Source: Giardia intestinalis
Taxonomy: Eukaryota
Strand: one strand, 5' to 3'
Length of the DNA: 64,000 nt
Assembly: GCA_000002435.2 (NCBI GenBank)
Contig: CM018792.1
Part shown: positions 20,954 to 30,500 of the stretch, one piece after another
Numbering within the stretch: the first letter of the stretch is position 1
Layout: each line of letters opens with the position of its first letter
Notes under the pieces: model-generated
The model's database searches: none
The model's input: the letters and a program-made list of their open reading frames with translations, nothing else
What the model was told of the DNA's origin: nothing
Made by a program: the position numbers and the translations under genes

Positions 20954-23900
20954 TTAGATCTTGTATTCTTGACATCCCAATATGATTCCTTCTTCAGCTG
21001 CCTGTCTTACATCGTCTGCCTTTCCAAAAACAACAGTTTGACCAGAGATAACGGCTTCAAATGAAACAGCAGCACTCTTAAGGTCATTAATGGTCATGCG
21101 ACGAATTTGGCCAACAGCTCTTCTGTAATCGTTAACACTGTTGCCTTCTAACCAGTAGTCAACGGCCTGGGTAAAGCGAACTAACGGGGCCAAATCCATT
21201 TGGCGCTTACCGACGGCGCCTATTTTGAAGAAAAGAAGCTCTTCAGCAGTTAAGGTAAGGCGGTCGATATATTCTTTAATCTCATCAAACACCTTCTTTG
21301 TTTCTACCAATTGAGGATCTAAGTATGTTGTTAGATAGGACCAGCGTGATCTGGATAAAATAAAGAAGCAGCCACAAGCTCCATTTTCTATTCGTATCTT
21401 TTTTGCAAGATAATCGTAAGTGATGATATGCAAAAGCAATAATTCCGCACCAGTCAGCTCTGTCAACGGAAGCCGGCCACTTCGAGCAACATAATTAACG
21501 TTGACGGGAGCCGCCACAGAGAGCATCCTATGCTGTATGTCTTGTTCCATTTTGAGGAAGCGCTGAGAGTCCTTTTCTGGGGGGCACAAGTCCTTCTTAT
21601 GCAACTTGACCGGGGTAGTTAGAAAGTGCGCGGCATGTTCAGTTATTGGGAATATGTCTGGCTTCATATTCCACTTGTTTATATCGTAAGTATGTGTTGA
21701 GTATTTGTCGTGTATAATAGCTTGAAGCTTTTGAACTATTAGCAGCCCATTAATAATTTTATCTACCACGGCTTGCGTATTGCTGGTGATAATGCGCTTA
21801 TTCATGAAGGGTTCAAGTTCAGGGACATTTAAGCCAATACAAACAGCAATCGATGTGTGCCTTTGCAGAAGCCTTGCATACATGTTCTTCAGCTTCCTTG
21901 ACATAACAATAGCTATCTTCAAATCATCATCGGTCAATGTGTATACATTATGCTTGATGCATTCCTCATCAAAATCAAGTCCGTTGGCGGAGGAAATTTC
22001 GGAGTCAGCCGGGGGCTCCAGCAAAGTCTTCTTCAGGTATTCCAGATAATTGATCCCATTAACATACTCATCATAGATGGCCCCGATACTCCCAGATAGT
22101 GCCATGGCACGCGTGTAAGCGATGTAGTAGCCCATTTTCTGTAAGAAGTGGCTCTCCATTTGCTCCTTATGGCTGTGAAGTATCTTGAATACTAGCTCCA
22201 GATTGCCCAATCCAACCATTGACTTTTGCCAGATTTCGCTGAGTATAAGGTGAAGGGCCTGATCCGTTTTGCTTTCTAAGAATGAAGCATCTATCCTTAT
22301 ATAGGCACGTGGGTATGTTTCTGACGCATTCAGTGTGTGTACGGTTGAATAACGATACTCCATAGAGACGCGGAACTTTCCTAGGACATTGCTAATTGCT
22401 AGCTGCAGCTGCTCCGGAGATTCATAGTTCTCTGTACTGACATTTCCGAGCATCGCACCTGCTAAGAAAGAGATCAAAGGCGCCTCTTCAAAGGTCACCA
22501 GTTCAGAGACGTCAATAAACATACTAAAGTGAACAATTCCATTTCCCAGACTTCCTGTATTATACACGTTTATGGGGACATCATTAAGGTGAACTCCTGG
22601 GCTATTGTGTTTGGAAAGCGATCGAGAAAATATGCGTAGCTGCAAGTAGTCATCTTCAAGAGAGACTAGGTCTGCTTCCGAGACCTGAGGAAACTCCCTG
22701 AGCACCTTCTCGTCGACTTCATTAGAGCGATTGAGTACAGCCAGTGTTTGTGCAACTAAGCCGTTTATCTCCTTCTCTGACATCATACTCTTTTTGTCCT
22801 GGAGCTCTCTTTGCTTGGCTTCTGCTATGTCCTCAGCAAGACCTGGTGTTGGGGTCAAAATAGCATCCTTCCAGGCTTTGTTGTCAATGTAGTATCTTCT
22901 AAGGAGTTCGCGCATATATACACTTATGGTACCCTCTGCTATTTTCTCTCGTAACTCTAGGAATGCCCCTTCAAACAGTAACTCTTCTTCTGGGGTCACA
23001 TTGTAGAACCAAGAGCCGAAAAGTGAGGTCAGAACCTTGACGCCATAGTTAGTCTGATGCTCACGAAGCTCAAACTCAAGTCTGTCCATCTCTGACGAGA
23101 TTCGGGTTGGAGAAAGATAAAACATATAGTCGGAAAGCGGATCCTGCTCTGTTCGCGTACTATTCTCATTCTCCAAAAGAAGGAAGACACGATCAAGCTC
23201 TCTGCGCAGACGACTAGTGGAATCTTCATCATATTCGCACCCGTGAAGACAAATATATGTGTATCCTTGGCAGTTAGTATCATCAGTCTCCACAGATAGT
23301 TCTGAAATAAGGCCCAACTTCTGTAGATGAGCAAGGACAGGAGAGGAAGTGGCACCAAATAAAATTCCAGAAAGGGTGTCAAGCGCTAAGCGCTCTGTTC
23401 GCGTGACTTCGTTAATGTTGAAAGTACGCCACATACGTACCAAATAGCCTTGTCGAAAGCCTACTTGAGATTCCTTTGCGATAGGGTAAGAGAGGCGCAA
23501 TGGTTCTATGCACGCGTTGATGGGTAAAGCGCCTGCTAAAATAGGGGCCTTTTTAACAATGTAAGGAGCCAGCTCTTCGCTGCTCATAGATTCTAGAGGC
23601 TGCAGATATCTATCATATATCAGTGAGAGCTCCTTCTCTAATGGGAGAGTAGAATGGTAGGCTATACGACCGTTTGCCATGGTATAGTGAGTGCTGTGGT
23701 ACTCGACAAGATCATCCGGCTCTAAGGTGACGATGTGATCAGGGTGTCCAATAGATGTATACATGAGACTGCCTCCATCGAATAGAGCCTGCTTAAGAGC
23801 GTGCACAGCGATGTGGATGGGCTCTGAGAAGGCCACTGTTAGCTCATTAAGGATGGCGCCTCGCAGCTCCAGCTCTGACGTATTGCTCATAAGGTGCATG

Positions 23901-24355
23901 GACCACGCTTCCTGGTGAAAGACTCGCTTGTCGTGAAGGAGTGCAGGACAGAACACCGCGTCGAGATAGATGGCCATTATATTCAGATAGTCCTTTTCAC
24001 AACGCGACGCAAAGGGATAAAGAGTAAATGTGTCGTAGGTTCCAGCGTTAAGGTACGTTTTAAGAGATCCTTGTAACAGCTGGCCAAATGGATCTGGAAG
24101 AGGATAACGGTCGGAACCACAAAGAACAGAACGGCTGAGAATGTGCGGAAGGCCTGTATCAGAGGTTGGAGGAGTGCAAAAGCCAATCGAAGCACTGAAT
24201 TCCGGGTAACTTGCCTGAAGCGGGGTCAATTTGATCGCTCGAAAACCAGTAAGCTTGTGCTCTAGTTCGATCAAGGAGCAATCTATCTCTGGTATCTGTT
24301 CAACCGTGCGAACGACGGTGAAGCCCGAAATGACACTTCCTATTGGCGGAGGCAT
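20954..24355 (-). CDS. M16C-family (PreP/Cym1-like) metallopeptidase homologue with a degenerate zinc-binding motif
   Basis: 1133 aa. ATG at 24355 preceded by atatttttaatttataaaaag. The N-terminal block FCTPPTSDTGLPHILSRSVLCGSDRYPLPDPFGQLL...YLNAGTYDTFTLYPFASRCEKDYLNIMAIYLDAV is collinear with the PreP block FRTPP.DSTG.PHILEHSVLCGS.KYP...NAFT..D.T.YPF.......F.NL..VYLDA. HILSR replaces HILEH. Confidence 0.8.
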   Translation of the reverse strand: MPPPIGSVISGFTVVRTVEQIPEIDCSLIELEHKLTGFRAIKLTPLQASYPEFSASIGFCTPPTSDTGLPHILSRSVLCGSDRYPLPDPFGQLLQGSLKTYLNAGTYDTFTLYPFASRCEKDYLNIMAIYLDAVFCPALLHDKRVFHQEAWSMHLMSNTSELELRGAILNELTVAFSEPIHIAVHALKQALFDGGSLMYTSIGHPDHIVTLEPDDLVEYHSTHYTMANGRIAYHSTLPLEKELSLIYDRYLQPLESMSSEELAPYIVKKAPILAGALPINACIEPLRLSYPIAKESQVGFRQGYLVRMWRTFNINEVTRTERLALDTLSGILFGATSSPVLAHLQKLGLISELSVETDDTNCQGYTYICLHGCEYDEDSTSRLRRELDRVFLLLENENSTRTEQDPLSDYMFYLSPTRISSEMDRLEFELREHQTNYGVKVLTSLFGSWFYNVTPEEELLFEGAFLELREKIAEGTISVYMRELLRRYYIDNKAWKDAILTPTPGLAEDIAEAKQRELQDKKSMMSEKEINGLVAQTLAVLNRSNEVDEKVLREFPQVSEADLVSLEDDYLQLRIFSRSLSKHNSPGVHLNDVPINVYNTGSLGNGIVHFSMFIDVSELVTFEEAPLISFLAGAMLGNVSTENYESPEQLQLAISNVLGKFRVSMEYRYSTVHTLNASETYPRAYIRIDASFLESKTDQALHLILSEIWQKSMVGLGNLELVFKILHSHKEQMESHFLQKMGYYIAYTRAMALSGSIGAIYDEYVNGINYLEYLKKTLLEPPADSEISSANGLDFDEECIKHNVYTLTDDDLKIAIVMSRKLKNMYARLLQRHTSIAVCIGLNVPELEPFMNKRIITSNTQAVVDKIINGLLIVQKLQAIIHDKYSTHTYDINKWNMKPDIFPITEHAAHFLTTPVKLHKKDLCPPEKDSQRFLKMEQDIQHRMLSVAAPVNVNYVARSGRLPLTELTGAELLLLHIITYDYLAKKIRIENGACGCFFILSRSRWSYLTTYLDPQLVETKKVFDEIKEYIDRLTLTAEELLFFKIGAVGKRQMDLAPLVRFTQAVDYWLEGNSVNDYRRAVGQIRRMTINDLKSAAVSFEAVISGQTVVFGKADDVRQAAEEGIILGCQEYKI

Positions 24356-24503
24356 CTCTCACTTTTTATAAATTAAAAATATCGCGTCTTGTGGCGTTCT
24401 TTGCAGCTTGGTTGCCCCGGACTTTGAGGGAGTCACCAACAAAGAGACCGCAAGCATCAGCCAGCGTACCACGGGGAATACTTAAGAGTTTAAGATTTCA
24501 ACC
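24356..24503. promoter_or_regulatory. 148-bp divergent intergenic region holding the AT-rich initiators of both flanking genes
   Basis: Minus gene ATG at 24355 (…atatttttaatttataaaaagtgagagATG). Plus gene ATG at 24504 (…cttaagagtttaagatttcaaccATG). Giardia promoters are short AT-rich elements abutting the ATG (established knowledge). Confidence 0.5.
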
Positions 24504-27500
24504 ATGGCATCCTTAGCCACATCCCAGTTTATATTTCATGATGACACAATAGACATCCTTGTGGGCAACAGGGTTGTTAACAATGTGCAGCTTACAAACT
24601 CTTGCATCTTGGCGCTGCACAGAATAGGAAGATTTGATGTGCCTCAAGTCTTTGCCGTCTATATCAGTAGTGAAGAGCCAGGCCTTCATTCTATCCTTTT
24701 CCGTCTGTCGACGATTAAGGATGTTGCCACACTTGTCCCGCTGATGCGTATTGATATTAGCTCCATAATGTCAAATTGTCCGGGATTGACTGTGTCCCAC
24801 CTTTTTCCAGAGCATACTAAGATTCTTTTGTACCTTCGAGAAGAGCACATTTGCATCCAGTTTTCTCCGTCTTGTATCATTTACGCAAACATGCGACTTT
24901 CGCACCGTGTGGATACTGGCGGTGTGTACCGCTTTGTGCTTCCTTCGACTGCCTCATGCATGCTGAACATACCGAATCCAGAACACATTACATCCATGGA
25001 TGCTAACGAGTACCTGTACGCATGTGTAGGAAATGCGCTTTTACGGACCAAGACTCCTATAAATCTTCACATACTAAGCAGGCGACAGACGCCAATGATG
25101 TTTAAGAGGGTTGCAACACTATCCACTTCTGGAGAGTATGTTTGTCTCAATTGTAGTATACTTTCTGACTCTACCCTTTCCGAAATCGACACTCACAGAC
25201 CGGGTTACAAGCATGCTCCTACATTGTTAAAAAGGCCCATAGATATTGCTCCTTTATCACAAAAGTTTTCTCAGCAACTTCAGTCTGCTTACCCTCCTCT
25301 TCCGTCTACCTTGTTGACTCACAAGTGGCAAAAAGAGATCTCTACTGCATCTCATCTCTCTACTAACAGTACCACTTTTATTAAGCACTATATCATGAAT
25401 ATCTCGGGTAGTAGTCAGACTCCTGTGTTTCTCATCGGAACTCTGGTTCATGACACAACAGGGTGTTTCTCTTTCTTCTCAATTAATATCTACACACTCT
25501 CTCAGGTGCCAATGAGCGACTGGAAACGGTACACAAAAAATGAGATGACTTCTGCATCTATGTTTAGACTGTGCAAGACAGTTGGAAGAATCAATTTGGA
25601 TGAGCTGTGTACGTACAGGTTTCCTCTTGCCACGGAAACGGAAATGAAGCCTCAGCAACTAGGCGGTCCGTCGTTGTGTCATACTAAGACATACTTAGAT
25701 AACTTCACCATCTCTCCATTGCGAGCTATCAACAATTCTTTCTTTTTCTCTATGAGCTTCATGGCCCGATATACCGATACAGACGCATTCCGTTTTTTCT
25801 ATGCTTTCCAGGTTAACTGCGAATCTGCAAACATCCGCCTGGTGATGAAGCAGATCTACTTGTCTGTGCCTCGAGCCCCCGACTGCAATGAGTTTGCACT
25901 TACTGAGCAAACGATTATCAATAACACAATTGCAGGGGTACATCTGGTCTCCTTTATATCGGATAAATCGGAGAATCTCCTATACATTCACGATAACACA
26001 AAGGTGTACTTCCTTATGATGTTTAACGAGAAAATCAAGTTTGTGTCCGGTAGGGATCTCACCCTCTTCATCTATTCGTATGCAAATAACGAGCGCGATG
26101 TCTTTAATATTTACAACTTAGAGCTTTCTGAGAATTGTGCATCCCTTCCGGCGGATGGCTTAGAGGCGCAGGAACATGGAGGACTGTTTGAGGCTGTAAG
26201 CTATAAGTATGTGTCTAAATATAGTGTCGGGCTGGCTGCTACATTCTTGCGCCTGGTTGGCTTTGGAAAGAATCTGATGATGATACAAGGGATTGCAGGA
26301 GCTGCTATGCCTTATGGAAACAAGACCGACAAATTAGATGGAGAACTAATTAAGATAACTATATTTTCTGAAAAAGACGGGAACTATTTGTCTTCCTTCA
26401 AGTACTTAGTCCTTCCACACACATCTCGTGACTCTTCTGAAGCGTCTCTAAAGCACGCACTATTTACTAGCTTTGAGAGGTATGGGCAGCTATACATTGC
26501 TTTCTGCACTGAGTATGCTGCCGACAACAGAGTTCAAATGACCGGTGACACGCTCAAGGTGGATAGTCTTGCACGAATAGCTTCCACAGCATCGATCACT
26601 AGAACATCCTCTATCACGACCATAGGGTCAGACCACTCCACTGAGTCTCTCCTTACTATACCGTCCGATCTTTCCGACGCGTCTGTGAAAACATCCTCTG
26701 GCTTAAAGAACCCGGAGCCTCTTCCTGGCTTCCCGTGCCCGAACATAGATACCCATTTGGATCAGCACACTCGGAGCACATTCATGATTCGAGACTTTAA
26801 CTTGCTGACCATTGTGTTTACTATGTCTGGAAGATATCTTTACTCCACAGGTTTCCAAGACTTAGAATACGATGCTCTTCCTTCGACGGAGAAGGTTACA
26901 AGTGATCCGTCTGATGACCCTCAAACGAGTTTCTTTTCTAGCGGGGTGACACAATTTCGCTGTCTATTGCGCAGATCAAATTTAATTCCTCATCGTTTGT
27001 TCTATGTTCTTCCAAATGACTGCTTGCGATTATCTTTTATTACCCCATATGAGCTGCGTGCCCCACTGCAGCGCCACAAGATACATGTAGAGCGCTTCTT
27101 TTTGCCATTTCTTTCAATTGCCACATGCTTCCTTTCCTCTGCGCCAAGCATTCTCAGAACATACACTGCTCACCTGCACACAACGCTTTTTAGGCGCTTT
27201 ATTACAAATGTGCTGACATCCAGCCACTACCTCTTCAACATTACTCTCCGGGACAAGCTGGAACCAGATACTATCATGAAGTACGCCTTCTTCAACCTTT
27301 ACGATGTTTCTGTTTCGATAAGTGAGTTCACCTCTATTTTACTCTTATCTACTTCTCAACATTATGACTATGACTCTCATCTTACAAATTACATCGTAAC
27401 AAAATTATTGATGTCTAAGGATCTTCCAAGAGATAGACTTCTCCCTTACCTAGTCACCGGCGTTCTCTGCTTAACAAAGCAGCTTGGGCCAAAAGGCTCA

Positions 27501-30500
27501 GATAGTATATCTCAGGATCTGGCGTATGATCTGCCCAATTGGTTGGAAACCTACCTTTCTGCTGATCATGTCGCTGTTGATTATACATTGCTGGCTGCCC
27601 ACTCTGGGTCTGTGCCTCGTATTTTCTTACCGGAAGCACATGCTTTCAAAACAGGCCTGCTCAGAGTTCTCCCGTCTGTCTATCTTAGGGGACTCTTTAT
27701 CGCCATTGGTGACACAGAGTACCGCTTATCAAAAGTGCCGAATTCAGTGGTCACCTTCTACTATGTAATAACCAATCGACTTGTTGTACTTGCAAACCTT
27801 TATCTGCGTGCACAGAATACCAAAGTAGCCACTTTCCTTAAATCCCACACGTACAACGGAGAAGACAGCGCGAGATCGTTTGAGGTCGCCAGGAAAAACG
27901 CATTTGTATTACTGACGAAGTGCGATTATTATATGGCAGCAGCATGGTTCGTCTTGGCGGCCGATTTTGAACACATGGTTACTGTTCTTGTTGATAAGCG
28001 CTACATGGCCAACATAGATCTTGGGCTGGCAGTTTTCAGGTATCTGCGAGACACCATGTCTGATTCACTTGTTAAACTGACCCAACTATCTTCGACATTC
28101 GTCATCACACCTGATCATCTTACATCGATGGAAAGAGTTCTTTTTAACTCCACAATCAAGGAGTATGTTGTCACAGAAGATACAGAGGACACTGGGAGCC
28201 TATCTCCGCAAAAGCATACAGTTATCAATCTGGAAAAGTCTGAGATATCAAGGTTGTCGTACAAGATGTCATCAAGCAGAATTCACAAAAACATCACTGA
28301 TTTTACCTCTCACTGTATGGCAGCATACGATATAATCTACTATTACTTTGTTCTAAGTCAATACGAAGACAGCAGCGAATTTCTTGCTGCAGTTATTACA
28401 GATGTTGTTGCTGCGATCATCTCGTTTACGCAGCACACAACTCTAGAAAATGGTACACCAGCGGATATGCACGAGGCTATCTCTGTGGTACTGCATGTAC
28501 TTCACAACTTCATATTCCTTTGCGTCCATTACAAAATGACAAACGAGATCCGGAGCATCTTGAACGCACTATATCGACTTTACTCATGTAACATGTTTGG
28601 GCCCATTGAGAAGTTGCGAATTCTTAATCTGTCCATGTATATTCTTGCTCTAAGCAGGCGCACATTTGCTGCAGTGGAGGGTCTAGGATCGTTCCTCCTA
28701 CTTTCAGATGTCAAGGTCTCTCAGAGGCAGCTCTTTAACGCGTTTGAGCTCTCTTTCGTGTCACTGATCCACTTACACTCTAACACACTTTCAACGTCTC
28801 TGCTCTACAATGCGTTTCTTTATTTTCTAAACCCTAGCCGATATCTTGGCAGCAGCTACACATCTCGAATGAAGAAGCTAAGAGAGCAATGCGACATTGC
28901 AGCAGAAAAAGAGATAGCAGCCACCGGGAAGGATGAGTCTTCAGACAGTCAATCTGACCGCTTCAGACGCATACTATCTACGTTTGTGTTTTACCTTTGC
29001 TTGGGATTCTTCACTGGAGATGGGAAGAGAGCTGCTAACCTCATGTGGGAGAAATATCAGTCTGAGGTAGCAGAGCATATTTTGTTCACTCAATTGAAGC
29101 GACGCCCAAGCAGATTTGACATAGAAAATGCCCACCTAAAAGAGGAAAGAGTTATCAGACGCCGTCGCCTCTGTGCGGCAAGTGTGCCTGACGGCTATAT
29201 TGATGACAATATCGAGCTTGATAATGACAACGACGAGAGTGACAGCAATAACAGTAGCTATAGCTATAGCGATGACGAAAGCTGTCATGAGCCTATAGAA
29301 GCAGACAGTGAGGAAGAGGTTATGATCAAGGAAAAGAGTCATGATAAAACTAGGGTCCATTTGAAGAATCGCCGCTGCCGGCTGCAGACACCAGAAGAGA
29401 TTCAGCACCTGTGCAGAATTGTCCATGCGTATTTCAAAACTATCTTTGGTTTCACACAGTCTCCTCGTATCATAGATCATACTACTCAGATTCTAAACTC
29501 GTTTGAAGCAACTATTCTTCCTGTCGTCAACACCACTATTACAGCAGCTACGTCTAAGGAGATACACGATATGACCGACTCCTTACTTAACTTGATTTCA
29601 ACCCTTTCAACAGGGGACGAGGCGTCTAAGCAGCTCTTGAATTCAGTGCACTCTGAGGCGCGCGTGTTGCAAAGCGAGTCTGAATATCAATCTATGGCGA
29701 CATCGGATAGAGATAGCACGTCTATTATCCAGCAGTTGTTATTTAAGCGTCGTGAAAACCCCACCTCGGCTAGCTCGGATAGAGAGCTGCTTAAACAGCC
29801 AAAGCACAGAGAGAAGCGTGTGATAACGATCTCGGATATGGAGATGCATACGACCATGCTTTCAGATGCTATGAATGGTCCGTACGATACTCCAGGAGAA
29901 GATGACTATGATAGAACTGCGCGTACACCTTTTGCAAAGCATCCTGTTTTACGCCGCAGTCTTGGGTTTGTAATTGTAACAAAGAATAACACATTAATGA
30001 TTGAACAATATGATACCCTACTAGAATTCTATTCATATCTAACACTGACCCCGGGCGGCTACACAAGGTATGTGCCAGCAGCCTTTAATTCTGCACTGGC
30101 TGCAACAGCCCATTCTATCTCATTGTCGCGTAAAGAGGCCTCGACTATGGGCTTTGAAATGCTCTCTGTTTTCCTTACTCACGGGAGCAATAGCTTGTCA
30201 CATCTTGTGCGACATGGCTTGTCAGCAACTAAACGTGTAGAGCCGATGAACTTTGATTGCTTCCTTGCAACGCATGCTCAGAATTCGATTTCGGACGTTC
30301 GGATCTCCAATCTTTTTTACATTTTAATTGCACTACATGAATACACAATTAACAATGGGAGCATGCTTCTTTTTAGAAACACCATGCAGAGCAAGTATGG
30401 ATTGCAGATTCACCTCAATCAACTTATGGAGAAGACAAGTAACTGCCCGTACAAGGATATCCTTCCTGCCTACCATGCCATCTTTAAAGAGATCCAGCGC

